Source: Candidatus Latescibacterota bacterium (GTDB lineage: Bacteria > Latescibacterota > UBA2968 > UBA8231). Taken from it: a stretch of 64,000 nucleotides of DNA. Position numbers and translations under genes: made by a program. Where the stretch lies: positions 2,400,001-2,464,000 of the forward strand of contig OZ220089.1 in NCBI GenBank assembly GCA_964291625.2, written 5' to 3'. Positions 26,354 through 36,202 of the stretch are shown here, piece by piece. Every line of letters begins with the position of its first letter. The stretch's first letter is position 1. The notes below the pieces were generated by a model, which was not told the DNA's origin, searched no databases, and saw only the letters and a list, made by a program, of their open reading frames with translations.

Positions 26354-27904
26354 ATGATTGAGAAACGACTCAGGGACCTCTGGGAGCAGTTGCAGGGCAA
26401 GAAACCCCACTTCCCGCACTTCCTCGCAGAGATCCACCTGGCGGGCCTTAGAGGTATCAATGGCCTACGAGTAGTGTTCGACTACCCGGTTAGTGTCATC
26501 GCCGGGGGCAACGCCAGCGGGAAGTCGACCGTGCTTTTCGCGGCCGCCTGCGCCTACAAGGTGCCAGGTGCGGGAGTCAAGGACTTCGTACCCTCCACGC
26601 TCTTTCCCGACTATCGCCCCAAGCTCGGGGGACGCGCGGACGAGAAAAGCGAAGTCCTCATCGACTTCGACTTTTCGACTCCCGACGGCCGGAGCTCAAT
26701 GCGGTGGAGGCGGTCCAAAGGATGGAATCGCAGTTTCCTCGGCCGCAAGAACGCCAGCCAGCCCGAGCGGCCGGTCTATCTCAGGACGCTCAGCAATCTC
26801 AGCAATCCGTCCGAGGTGCGAGGCGTTCTAAGCATGTCGCGCCTGAGTTCCGCGCCGCAGGAAACTCCCTTGTCCGCCTCCCAAATCGAACTCGCCCAGC
26901 AAATCCTGCCCTTCACGTACTCAGAGGTCGTCACCTTGTCCAGCGGCAGCAAGAACCTCCTCTTCGCCGCCCAAGAGAGCGGCGCAGAGTACTCTGAACT
27001 GCACATGGCCGCCGGCGAACGGGCAATCTTCCGCTTGTCGCAGGAGATCGCTCAGTTGAAACGTGCGCTGATCCTCATCGATGAAGTGGAAGCAGGGCTA
27101 CATCCTTGGGTGCAGCAGCTTCTCATGCTACAGCTACAACAGCTCGCCCTTCGCAACGACCTTCAGGTCATTGTCACCACTCATAGCGCAACGGTTCTCG
27201 ATTCGGTGCCACCCCACGGCCGCATCTTCCTGGAGCGCGAGGAAACAGGTCGGGTTGCGGTGCGCCCAGCCTATCGGGATGTGGTTCAAGATGCGCTCTA
27301 TGGCCGCTCAGGCGATGCCCTCAATCTCCTTTGCGAGGACGAGGCGGCAGAAGGCATTCTGCAGGGCGTGTTCGATGTCCTCCTGCCCCGGCAGAGAATC
27401 AAGCGAGAGTCGGTGCGCGTAGGCCGGAACACAGGGGTTGACGAATTTCCCGCCCACGCCACTGCTTTCAGGAAATTCGGCCAGATACAGAACTTCGCTT
27501 TCATACTCGACGGGGACGGGCGGGACAGTGACATGGAACGGAAAATCCAGGAGAAAGCGGGAAGCGACGTTCCGGTCTTTTATCTTCCCGGCCGCGCTGC
27601 ACCTGAACTCTGGGTGTGGGATGGGCTGCGCGAGAACCTCGGGGACGCGGCCAAGGAAATCGGTATCGAGATGGGCGATCTGTCTGGACGGATGAACCGG
27701 CTTGATTCAGTGTACGATTCAGCCTCTGATTCTCCGGCACAGATCGCCAAGACAAAGCTCCACGGTCTCGCCGAACCTCTGAATTGGAATCCACAGGACA
27801 TTTGTAGAGTCCTCGCCCGGTTGGAAACCAACCGACAGGAGAGTGCCATCCAGCCCCTTGTGGAAGGACTGGAGAGCACTCTGCTGCAATGGCGAGCAAG
27901 CTGA
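26354..27904 (+). CDS. ABC/AAA ATPase fused to a TOPRIM-like domain (OLD/PARIS-like nuclease), candidate defence gene
   Basis: Walker A GGNASGKS, 'HMAAGE', Walker B 'LIDEVEAGLHP', 'VTTHS', TOPRIM 'LLCEDEAAE...ILDGDG'. Lower GC than neighbours. Confidence 0.8.
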   Translation: MIEKRLRDLWEQLQGKKPHFPHFLAEIHLAGLRGINGLRVVFDYPVSVIAGGNASGKSTVLFAAACAYKVPGAGVKDFVPSTLFPDYRPKLGGRADEKSEVLIDFDFSTPDGRSSMRWRRSKGWNRSFLGRKNASQPERPVYLRTLSNLSNPSEVRGVLSMSRLSSAPQETPLSASQIELAQQILPFTYSEVVTLSSGSKNLLFAAQESGAEYSELHMAAGERAIFRLSQEIAQLKRALILIDEVEAGLHPWVQQLLMLQLQQLALRNDLQVIVTTHSATVLDSVPPHGRIFLEREETGRVAVRPAYRDVVQDALYGRSGDALNLLCEDEAAEGILQGVFDVLLPRQRIKRESVRVGRNTGVDEFPAHATAFRKFGQIQNFAFILDGDGRDSDMERKIQEKAGSDVPVFYLPGRAAPELWVWDGLRENLGDAAKEIGIEMGDLSGRMNRLDSVYDSASDSPAQIAKTKLHGLAEPLNWNPQDICRVLARLETNRQESAIQPLVEGLESTLLQWRAS

Positions 27905-27922
27905 ACAGGCTGGTTCGGGCCC

Positions 27923-29425
27923 TCAGGCAATCCCCAACTCTGCCAGGCGGTCCGGCTCGCCCAGGTAGTAGCCGGCCTCCGCCAGGGCCCGCTGCAGGGA
28001 GCGGATGTCCACCTCGCGCGGCGCAACGCCGGCGGCGGCGGCCTCGGCCGCGGCCATGCCGGCCACGCCCCCGGTGACCTTGGCGATCCAGCGCCAGCGC
28101 AGGCTGGCGGTGCGCTCCCGGCCGATCGACCGGCCGGCGGCCAGCAGGCCCTCCACCCCCCGGGGCAGGAACTGCCTCAGGGGCATGTCGAAGTAGTGGC
28201 CCTCCTCGCGGTTCTTCAGATCGATCAGCCGCCGCTTGCTCCCCCCGCGCCGGGCCTCGTCGTCGTACTTGTAGAGGGTGGTGAGCACGTGGACCACGTC
28301 GTCGAACCGGCGCTCGTCGACGATGTCCCTCTCGGTCAGGGTGTAGTCGGGGACGATGGTGCGGCTCCAGCGGTTGCCCATGTAGGGCGCCGTCTGGCTC
28401 ACCCGGGCGTCGCCGAAGCCGGGCACGTGGCGGCTGTAGAAGTCGATCGTGTCGTAGGCGTGCTGGCGGGCGGCCGCCTCGATGGTGGAGCGGTCCAGGG
28501 CGTTGAGGACCGACAGCTTGCCCGGCGGCCAGCGCACCTCGACGGTGGTCACGTCCTGGTCGTGGGTCCCGAAGGGGATCTTGTAGGCGTAGGCCCCGCC
28601 CGGTACCGGCGCCACGTACCGGAAGGCACCCGACTCCCAGTCCGCCATGATGAAGGGCAGCAGCTCCCGGGGGTAGTTCTTCCAGACCATCTGCATCGCC
28701 TCGACCAGGACCTCGTCGACCCAGCGCTGCTCGCCGGCGGACAGGGGCCTGTCCCGCTCGCGGGCCCGGAACGCCTCGTACTCCTCCCAGTCCACGCCCT
28801 CGACGCGGAAGAACAGCCCCATGCCGGACTCGTCGCTGGCGTGGCGCTCGTCGGTCTCGGCGCCGGCGGCGGCGGCCACGTCGGCCTCCCCCGTGGTGTC
28901 GACCACGACCCGGGCGAGCACCGCACGCCGGCCCTCGGGGGTCTCCACGAAGACGCCGCGGACGGTGCCGTCCTCGACGATCGCCCCCGCCACCGTGGTG
29001 GACAGCAGCAGGGCGACGCCCCGCTCCCGCAGGCGCTGCAGGGCCAGCCGCTGGAACTCGTTGCGGTCGATCACCGGGATCGGCGCCATGCCGTTCCAGC
29101 GCCAGGGCACGTTGTCGCCGCCGCTGATGAAGTCGAAGGTGCGGATGCCGCCGCGGCGGTCCAGCTCGGCCAGGAAGTCGCCCACCTGGCCGCCCAGGCC
29201 GCGGTCGTGAAGCCTCGGGCTCTGCCAGAGGTCGTGGCGTGACCCCAGGCCCGGGCCGTAGTTGCCGCCCACGGCGGAGTACTCGTCGACCAGGGTCGTG
29301 CGGGCCCCGTGGGCGGCGGATTCCAGGGCCGCGTAGAGTCCGGCGATCCCGGCTCCCGCCACCAGTACCTCGGTCTCGTGAAGAACCGGCACCTCCCGCG
29401 CCGGCTCGTGTACCGCTCTGCTCAC
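27923..29425 (-). CDS. FAD-dependent oxidoreductase
   Basis: 'VLVAGAGIAG', 'VVVDTTGEADVAAAAGA', 'GLLAAGRSI'. GTG start with GGGAGG RBS. Confidence 0.85.
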   Translation of the reverse strand: MSRAVHEPAREVPVLHETEVLVAGAGIAGLYAALESAAHGARTTLVDEYSAVGGNYGPGLGSRHDLWQSPRLHDRGLGGQVGDFLAELDRRGGIRTFDFISGGDNVPWRWNGMAPIPVIDRNEFQRLALQRLRERGVALLLSTTVAGAIVEDGTVRGVFVETPEGRRAVLARVVVDTTGEADVAAAAGAETDERHASDESGMGLFFRVEGVDWEEYEAFRARERDRPLSAGEQRWVDEVLVEAMQMVWKNYPRELLPFIMADWESGAFRYVAPVPGGAYAYKIPFGTHDQDVTTVEVRWPPGKLSVLNALDRSTIEAAARQHAYDTIDFYSRHVPGFGDARVSQTAPYMGNRWSRTIVPDYTLTERDIVDERRFDDVVHVLTTLYKYDDEARRGGSKRRLIDLKNREEGHYFDMPLRQFLPRGVEGLLAAGRSIGRERTASLRWRWIAKVTGGVAGMAAAEAAAAGVAPREVDIRSLQRALAEAGYYLGEPDRLAELGIA

Positions 29426-29566
29426 TCCGACCTCCCTTTCGACCGGCGGCGTCCCTGCCGCGGGCGGGGGTAACAAAGGCGATCGCCGGACCGACGGCGA
29501 GAGCGGGGCCGCCAGGTTGCCCGCCTCTCCGCCGCCGATAGATTGGCGGCAAGGAGGATCTCGCGA

Positions 29567-30934
29567 ATGCCGATGCCGACGGGCTGGCCCGACCCCCACC
29601 TGCACCTCTTCCTGGGCGACGAGGAGATCGACTCCCTCGCCGGGGTGACGCGGCTGATCAACCCGATGCGCCGCGAGTCGCTCGAGCCGGTGCTGCGCCC
29701 CGACCAGCCCTGGGAGATGGGACAGATCGTGCCCCGCCGCGTCCTCCACGACCCGGCGGACGGGCTCTACAAGTGCTGGTACCTGGGGGCGACCACCAAC
29801 GAGCCCTCGCCCTGCCGCTACGGGACCGGCTACGCCACCTCCCCCGACGGCATCGCCTGGGAGAAGCCCGCCCTCGACGTGATGCGCGACGGGGACGGGT
29901 CGCCCACCAACATCGTCGACCTGCCGCGGGACTCGAACGCGCGGCTGCTCTTCCCCTGGCTCGACGCGCCGGGCGCCGCCCCCGGCGAGCGCTTTGTCGC
30001 CACCCTCTATCAGAGCGGGAACTTGCGGCGCCGGGGCATCTACCGGGCCGCCTCCCCGGACGGGATCCACTGGTCCGTAGGCGAGGAGCCGGTGATCCGC
30101 GCCGGCGACCGCTACTCCATCTCCCGCGATCCGGTGCGCGAGATGTGGATGCTTACAACCCGCAGGGCCACCGCCGCCGGGGTCCTGCGCCAGCGGGAGG
30201 TCTCCCTCTGGGAGAGCGAGGACCTGGATACCTGGTCCTTCCAGGGGCACCTGCTGAGGGCCGACGAGCACGACCGCCCCGGCACCGAGTTCTACAGCAT
30301 GTTCCCCCTGCGCTACGGTCCCGGGATGATCGGCTTCCTGGAGGTCTACCACCGCGCCGTGGAGCGCCTGGACACGCAGCTCTGCTGGAGCCGCGACGGC
30401 CGCCGCTGGCAGCGCGTGGGACACCGCGACCCGGTGCTCCCCCGCGGCGGCGAGGGCAGCTGGGACTCCCATTGGGTGGTCCCCACCAACAACGCCCCGG
30501 AGGCCGTGGGCGGCCGCCTGCGCTTCTGGTACTCGGGGGGCGGCACCCACCACGGCTCCAAGGGCGGGCACCAGCGGGCCATGGGGCTGGCCTCGATCCG
30601 GCGGGATGGCTTCGTCTCCATCGAGGGCCGGATGGACCCAGGCTTCCTGCTCACCGCGGCCCTCGACGCCACCGTGCCGCGGCGGCTCACGGTGAACCTG
30701 AACGCCGGCACCGGCGACGCCGGCGTCGAGGTCCTGCGCCCCGACGGCGGGGCGATCGACGGATACGGCGCCGAGGAGGGACGGCTCTCGGGACGGGACG
30801 GGACCGCCCTGACCCCGGGCTGGGCCGCCGGCGGCGTCGTCCCGCCCCAGGCCGGGGGGCGCGTGCACCTGAAGTTCACCCTCCGCAACGCCAGCCTCTA
30901 CTCCTACCGCTGGGCGCCCGCGGGGGAGGAATGA
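29567..30934 (+). CDS. Hypothetical five-bladed beta-propeller (glycoside hydrolase clan J/F-like) protein
   Basis: Repeated 'S.DG..W' motifs ('YATSPDGIAWEKP', 'ASPDGIHW', 'SRDGRRW'), 'RRDGFVS'. AAGGAGG RBS. Confidence 0.7.
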   Translation: MPMPTGWPDPHLHLFLGDEEIDSLAGVTRLINPMRRESLEPVLRPDQPWEMGQIVPRRVLHDPADGLYKCWYLGATTNEPSPCRYGTGYATSPDGIAWEKPALDVMRDGDGSPTNIVDLPRDSNARLLFPWLDAPGAAPGERFVATLYQSGNLRRRGIYRAASPDGIHWSVGEEPVIRAGDRYSISRDPVREMWMLTTRRATAAGVLRQREVSLWESEDLDTWSFQGHLLRADEHDRPGTEFYSMFPLRYGPGMIGFLEVYHRAVERLDTQLCWSRDGRRWQRVGHRDPVLPRGGEGSWDSHWVVPTNNAPEAVGGRLRFWYSGGGTHHGSKGGHQRAMGLASIRRDGFVSIEGRMDPGFLLTAALDATVPRRLTVNLNAGTGDAGVEVLRPDGGAIDGYGAEEGRLSGRDGTALTPGWAAGGVVPPQAGGRVHLKFTLRNASLYSYRWAPAGEE

Positions 30935-30956
30935 CGCCATCCACGGGAGGACAGCG

Positions 30957-32732
30957 ATGCAGCGGATTCCCTTGCTCCTCGCCGGCGGCATCGCCGCCGC
31001 CGTGACGGCCCATGCCGCCGGGCTGACCGGCGTGGACCTCACCCTGCTCGACGCCGAGGCCGGGGGGTACGCCACCTTCCAGTCCCACAACCAGAAGGTG
31101 ACCGCCAACGCCCGGGGCATCTTCACCACCCACCTCCGCTCCCGCAACGAGGCCTTCACCGCCCAGCAGTGGCGCCTCTCCCGCAGCGTCGACGGCGGGG
31201 CCACCTTCGAGACCGTGTACGAGTCGGTGGACGCCACCAACCCCCCGGCCATCGAGACCGACGCCGCCGGCAACCTCTACCTCGTGCGCTCCGACTTCGT
31301 CGACGGCAGCGCCAGCCTTTACCGCTTCCAGGCCGGCGACGGCTACGCTCAACCCGGCGTGACCCGCATCCCCGGCGCCAGCGCCGGCAAGTACTGCATG
31401 AACCTCGACGAGGCCCGGGGCCGGCTCTACTACTTCGCCTGGGGCCGTTCCCTCTTCGTCCTCGACCTCGAAGGCGGTCTCCTGGAGCGCCAGGAGCTGA
31501 CCGTGGACGGCGACAACGCGGTTCCCCAGTACCCGCTTTCCTTCCTCGACCCTTCCGGCGTGCTGCACGCCGCCTGGACCACGCTCCAGCACGGCGTCTA
31601 CATGTACTGGGACATCCACTACATGGCCTCCGACGACGGCGCCCGAAGCTGGCGCGGCATGGACGGCACCCCGCTGCAGATCCCGCTTCCGGTAGACGAC
31701 ACCGGCCCCACGGACCGCATCACCCTCGACGACGAGTTCGAGGTCCACACCTGGCTGTCGAACCTGCTGGTGAAGGACGGCAAGGCCCACTTCGCCTACG
31801 CCGCCCAGGCCGAGTCCTGGCGGCAGCACTACGTGCGCTACGACCTGGCCACGGCGGCGCGTGACGTCGACCTCTACCCCACCTTCGAGGGCGAGGAGAT
31901 CCGCCTCGCCAGCCTGGACGGATTCTTCGCCAGCCGGGCCACCCTGCCCGAGGCCCCCCTCTACTACGTGTCGAGCGCCGGCGGTCGCCTGGGCTGCCTG
32001 GCCAGCGACGACAACGGCGAGACCTGGTACGACTACGCGGTCTCCGACGGGAGCTTCAATCCCTACTCCATCGGCGGGGCCCGCGAGCTGACCGCCGACG
32101 GCGCCATCGTCGGCACCTTCACCGACTACCGGACGGCCGAGGGCCGCGACGTCTCCCAGGTCCACTTCTTCCGCATCCAGGGCGGCCTGTCGAGGGCCCG
32201 CCTCGAGATCGAGATGGACGCCGACGGAGGCCGGTCCCTGCGCTTCCACGAGGTGCGGGGGAACCCGGCGACCGTGCGCTTCCGCGACCGGTCGGGGGAC
32301 TGGGGGGACTGGCGAGCCTTCGCGGGGACCATGCAGCCGGACCCCGGAGGGCCCCCGTCCCACTTCCAGCTGCGCAGCCACCTCGGCGTCGACTCGCGGG
32401 TCTTCCCGGTGGAGGAGGGCACCGCCGTGGGACAGGGCCCCGTCACCCCCGGCGCCTTCGGCCTCGCCCAGAACTACCCCAACCCCTTCAACGCCTGGAC
32501 GACCATCGGCTTCAGCCTGCCGTCCCGCGCCGCTTGCCTGCTCTCCATCCTCGACCTGCAGGGCCGCCGGGTGCGGGACCTGCTCCCCCGGGAAGACCTG
32601 CCCTCGGGCTTGCACCGGATCGCCTGGGACGGCACCGACGACACCGGCGGCGAGGTGGCCTCCGGCGTCTACCTCTACCGGCTGCGGGCCGGATCCGAGA
32701 TCCGCACGCGGCGGCTGGTGCTGGCGAAGTGA
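30957..32732 (+). CDS. Secreted BNR/Asp-box repeat protein with FlgD/T9SS-like C-terminal domain
   Basis: Signal peptide, Asp-boxes 'SVDGGATF', 'SDDGARSW', 'SDDNGETW', CTD 'QNYPNPFN...WDGTDDTGGEVASGVYLYRL'. Confidence 0.8.
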   Translation: MQRIPLLLAGGIAAAVTAHAAGLTGVDLTLLDAEAGGYATFQSHNQKVTANARGIFTTHLRSRNEAFTAQQWRLSRSVDGGATFETVYESVDATNPPAIETDAAGNLYLVRSDFVDGSASLYRFQAGDGYAQPGVTRIPGASAGKYCMNLDEARGRLYYFAWGRSLFVLDLEGGLLERQELTVDGDNAVPQYPLSFLDPSGVLHAAWTTLQHGVYMYWDIHYMASDDGARSWRGMDGTPLQIPLPVDDTGPTDRITLDDEFEVHTWLSNLLVKDGKAHFAYAAQAESWRQHYVRYDLATAARDVDLYPTFEGEEIRLASLDGFFASRATLPEAPLYYVSSAGGRLGCLASDDNGETWYDYAVSDGSFNPYSIGGARELTADGAIVGTFTDYRTAEGRDVSQVHFFRIQGGLSRARLEIEMDADGGRSLRFHEVRGNPATVRFRDRSGDWGDWRAFAGTMQPDPGGPPSHFQLRSHLGVDSRVFPVEEGTAVGQGPVTPGAFGLAQNYPNPFNAWTTIGFSLPSRAACLLSILDLQGRRVRDLLPREDLPSGLHRIAWDGTDDTGGEVASGVYLYRLRAGSEIRTRRLVLAK

Positions 32733-32811
32733 GCCCTGGCGCCGGGCAGCCGCGCCCGGCCGCCTTGACAGATTCTCCCCTGCCGGGTAGGGTCCCGCCG
32801 GGAGGTATCCG

Positions 32812-33957
32812 ATGAGCAGAGCGAACGCCTGTTGGCGAACCATGCTGATGGCCGGCCTGGCGGCCGCGCCGGGGGTGCACGCCGGCGAAGAGGGGGAGCT
32901 GCGCTTCAACCGCGTCGAGGGGATCTACCTGGGCGCCCGCAAGGACCTCGCCTACCCCGCCGCCACCGGTCGGGGGTCGGCCAGCTACGGCCACCTGGGC
33001 TATGCCTTCGGCGCCCGCCAGTGGCAGTACCAGGTGGGCATCGAGGAGTTCTTCCTCCGGGGCTCGCCCCGGAGTCGGGAGAGTCTCGGCGTCGAGCTGC
33101 ACGACCGGATCGAGTCCCAGGACACCTGGCTGCTGACCCCCGAGGAGAACTCGGTCTACGCCGCCCTCTTCCGGCGGGACTATTTCGACTACTACCAGCG
33201 CCGGGGATGGAGCGTCTACTCCCGCTACGACCATGACGGCCGGGTGCGGGTGACGGGCCGCTGGAGCCGGGACGAGCTCTCCTCCCTCGAGTCCCGGTCG
33301 AACTGGAGCCCCGTGGACTGGCACCTGGGGCGCTGGCACCCGCTGCGCACGCGGCTGGCGCGCGACACCTTCAACGACAACCCGGCCGCCGACGAAGGCC
33401 GGGCCTACAGCCTGCGCCTCGACGTCCAGGCGAAGGGCCCGGAGTTCCCGTGGTGGTCGGGCCGCAAGTGGCGGGTCGACGGCCTGGTCGAGCACGGCGG
33501 CGGCCGCCTCGGCGGCGACTTCGCCTTTCGCCGGTTCCTGCTGGACGCCAGGCGATACCTGCGCCACGGGGGCAACGACCTGGACCTGCGTCTGCGCCTG
33601 GGGCGGGGCTCCGGCGAGCTTCCCCGCCAGTATCTCTACCACCTCGGGGGGTTCGCCACCCTGCGCGGCTACCCGCACAAGGCGTTCTCCGGCGACCGGA
33701 TGGTGCTGCTGAACGTCGAGTACTGGCACGGTGACGCCGGCGTCCTGCTCGACACCGGCGCCGCCTGGTACTCCCCCGAAGGCGCCCGGCGTGCCCTCGA
33801 ACGGGAAGACCCGGGGCCGGAGGAGGAGGCGCGGTTCCGGAGGAGCCTGGGCTTCGCCGTTCGGCTCGACGAGGACTTCCGCGTCGGCATGGCCCGCCCC
33901 CTGGACGGACCGCAGCGCGGCTGGCGCTACTTCGCCCGCTTCAGCCGGGCCTTCTGA
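32812..33957 (+). CDS. Outer-membrane beta-barrel protein (BamA/TamA-like C-terminus)
   Basis: 'RFNRVEG', 'LGGFATLRGY', 'GDRMVLLNVEY', terminal Phe. Confidence 0.75.
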   Translation: MSRANACWRTMLMAGLAAAPGVHAGEEGELRFNRVEGIYLGARKDLAYPAATGRGSASYGHLGYAFGARQWQYQVGIEEFFLRGSPRSRESLGVELHDRIESQDTWLLTPEENSVYAALFRRDYFDYYQRRGWSVYSRYDHDGRVRVTGRWSRDELSSLESRSNWSPVDWHLGRWHPLRTRLARDTFNDNPAADEGRAYSLRLDVQAKGPEFPWWSGRKWRVDGLVEHGGGRLGGDFAFRRFLLDARRYLRHGGNDLDLRLRLGRGSGELPRQYLYHLGGFATLRGYPHKAFSGDRMVLLNVEYWHGDAGVLLDTGAAWYSPEGARRALEREDPGPEEEARFRRSLGFAVRLDEDFRVGMARPLDGPQRGWRYFARFSRAF

Positions 33958-33958
33958 G

Positions 33959-35113
33959 GTGGCCTACCACACCATCTGGTCCTACCTGTGGGACCTGGTC
34001 GACGACGGCATCGAGGACTCCGTCCGCTACCTCGGAGAGGAGCTCGGCCTCGACGCCATCAGCGTCGCCACCGCGTATCACACCTTTCAGCAGTTGCGCC
34101 CCCAGCGCCCCGGCGCCAAGCTGCTCACGGCCAACACCGCGGCCGTGTACTTCCAGCCCGACCCCGCCCTCTACCACGACACCGTGCTGCGGCCCCAGGT
34201 TGCGCCCCTGGCCCGCCGCGCCAATCCCCTGGCCCGCCTGGCCGGGGCCTGCCAGCGCCAAGGGCTCGACCTGATCTCGTGGACCGTGGGCCTGCACAAC
34301 ACCCACTTGGCCGTGAACTACCCCCGCTGCGCCGAGCGCAACGCCTACGGCGACAACCTCGGCTGGTCCCTGTGCCCGGGAGAGCCGGACGTGCGCGCCT
34401 ACCTGATCGCCCTGTGCCAGGACCTGGTCCTCAACTACCGGGTCCGGCGCCTGGAGCTGGAGTCCTGCGCCTTTGGCGGGTACGGCCACGCCCACTACCA
34501 CGTCAAGGACGGGGTGAACCTGGGCCCGGCGGGGCGCTACCTGTTCGGTCTGAGCTTCTCCCCCGGCTGCCTGGACCGAGCGCGCGAGCGGGGGATCGAC
34601 GGCGAGGGCCTGCAGCGGTGGGTGCGCGGCCGGCTCGACCAGGTCTTCGCCGGCGGCCCTCCCCTGGAAGGCAGCCTCGAGGAGCTCGTCGTCGCCCATG
34701 CCGAGCTGCAGGCCTACCAGACCCTGCGCGAGGACCTGGTCGTCTCGCTGGTGGAGGAGATCCGCCAGGCCACCGGCGTCGAGGTCTCCTTCCTGCTCAT
34801 GGGCGACCGCTGGGGCGCGGGCATCGACGCGGCGCGCATGGCCGCCACCGCGGACCTGGTGGAGATCCTGGCCTACGTCGATGCCCCGGAGAAGATCACC
34901 CAGCGGCTGGCGGCCATGAGAGAGACCGTGGCCGATCTGCGGCGCCTGGTGGTGGGCCTGCAGGCCTACTATCCCTGCGCGGTCGACGCCGACGGGCTGC
35001 TGGCCCAGGTGGAGGCGGCCCGGCGCGAAGGTGTGGAGCAGTTCTCCTACTACAACTACGGCATCATGCCCCGCCCCAACCTGGGGTGGCTGAGACGCTG
35101 CATCCTCGCCTGA
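33959..35113 (+). CDS. Hypothetical glycoside-hydrolase-like TIM barrel protein
   Basis: 'WSYLWDL', 'VATAYH', 'WTVGLHN', 'LCP...VRAY', 'FSYYNYG'. GTG start next to the previous stop. Confidence 0.7.
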   Translation: MAYHTIWSYLWDLVDDGIEDSVRYLGEELGLDAISVATAYHTFQQLRPQRPGAKLLTANTAAVYFQPDPALYHDTVLRPQVAPLARRANPLARLAGACQRQGLDLISWTVGLHNTHLAVNYPRCAERNAYGDNLGWSLCPGEPDVRAYLIALCQDLVLNYRVRRLELESCAFGGYGHAHYHVKDGVNLGPAGRYLFGLSFSPGCLDRARERGIDGEGLQRWVRGRLDQVFAGGPPLEGSLEELVVAHAELQAYQTLREDLVVSLVEEIRQATGVEVSFLLMGDRWGAGIDAARMAATADLVEILAYVDAPEKITQRLAAMRETVADLRRLVVGLQAYYPCAVDADGLLAQVEAARREGVEQFSYYNYGIMPRPNLGWLRRCILA

Positions 35114-35191
35114 CGCTCCAGGCGAAGCACCCCCGGCAGGCGCCCCTCGACGTGCATCCCTAAATTGACACCGATGCGCAACGAATCGGCG

Positions 35192-35503
35192 ATGACCGAG
35201 AGGCTTCTCGGATGCCGGCGGTACGGCTTGAGCGGCGGCATCGTGGCTCTCGCCGCCCTCGTGCTCGCCCTGTCCCTCTCCCTGCCTCTGCTGCACCACC
35301 TGCACCACGGCGGGCAGCTCGAGATCGAGGAGTGCCCGGTATCGGCTCTCTCCACGGTCCTGTCCCTCGCCGTCCTTGCCGTCTTCGGCCTGCTGCCGCT
35401 GGCGGCGCCGCCCCGCGATACCCCTCTCTGCCATCCCGAGGTCGTCGCGCCCTGCGCCATCCACCTGGCCACGCAGGGCCCCCGCGCACCTCCCCGCTCC
35501 TGA
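35192..35503 (+). CDS. DUF2946/CruR-like leader protein with His cluster and C-terminal RAPP arrest motif
   Basis: Hydrophobic signal-like segment, 'HHLHH...ECPVS', C-terminal 'GPRAPPRS*', directly upstream of metal-uptake genes. Start may be 35174. Confidence 0.7.
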   Translation: MTERLLGCRRYGLSGGIVALAALVLALSLSLPLLHHLHHGGQLEIEECPVSALSTVLSLAVLAVFGLLPLAAPPRDTPLCHPEVVAPCAIHLATQGPRAPPRS

Positions 35504-35560
35504 GCATCCGCACCTGATCGACTGAAGTCGCCTCGGCGGTCCACCGCCGGGTGCGGATGC
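35504..35560 (+). promoter_or_regulatory. Structured RNA element (three-way junction) right after the leader stop codon
   Basis: Outer stem gcatccgcacc (35504-35514) / ggtgcggatgc (35550-35560) enclosing hairpins cgact-ga-agtcg and cggcggt-cc-accgccg. Confidence 0.55.
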
Positions 35561-35641
35561 GTTCTCCTGCCGTACCTCCGGGATCAGACCGGCAAGGGGC
35601 CGGCTGTCCCCTTCCCTCAACTCAGACGGAGAACCCAGGAA

Positions 35642-36199
35642 ATGCTCAGGAAATTCACCACCTTCAGCACCGCTCTCCTCTTCCTCATCCTGACGGGATG
35701 CGGCGACGACGACAACCCCGTCGATCCCGACCACGGTGAGGAAGATCACGCCGAAGCCGTCGGTCTGATCATCCGCAGCAGCGGCGAGGAGCTCGTCCGC
35801 TACGAGAACGGCGAGGTCGACGGCGTCATCGAGGTCGGACACGACCGGGAGACGCCCCTGCTCACGGTGCGCTTCATCGCCGAGGACGGCGACCTCTTCG
35901 TCCCTGACGCGGACGACGACTTCTCCCTGGGCTGGGAGATCGGCGACGAGGAGATCGCCGAGGTGGAGCAGCACGAGATGGACGGCCCCTGGGCCTTCCA
36001 CATCGTCGGCCTCGGAGAGGGTGAGACCACCCTCGTCCTCAAGCTCAACCACGCCGGACACGCCGACTTCGTCTCCAAGGAGATCGAGATCCACGTCGAG
36101 GAGGGCGGTCCGGGAGAGGACCCCGACCAGGACCACGACCACGACGACGAGGACGAGGATGAGGAAGGCCACGACGACGAAGGCGACGACGACGGCTAG
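35642..36199 (+). CDS. His/Asp/Glu-rich lipoprotein (putative metal-binding)
   Basis: Lipobox 'ILTGC', 'DHGEEDHAEA', 'LNHAGHADF', tail 'DHDHDDEDEDEEGHDDEGDDDG'. Confidence 0.8.
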   Translation: MLRKFTTFSTALLFLILTGCGDDDNPVDPDHGEEDHAEAVGLIIRSSGEELVRYENGEVDGVIEVGHDRETPLLTVRFIAEDGDLFVPDADDDFSLGWEIGDEEIAEVEQHEMDGPWAFHIVGLGEGETTLVLKLNHAGHADFVSKEIEIHVEEGGPGEDPDQDHDHDDEDEDEEGHDDEGDDDG

Positions 36200-36202
36200 A
36201 CC

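Noticed and set aside
27923-31273. 1116-aa ORF as a giant oxidoreductase fusion
   Set aside because: Only 27923..29425 is protein-like and has an RBS; the rest is antisense to the gene at 29567.
35161-35185. Fur/Zur box (TTG-N11-CAA) and TTGACA upstream of the RAPP leader
   Set aside because: Context is plausible, but the palindrome is weak and no good -10 element follows; not supportable by eye.
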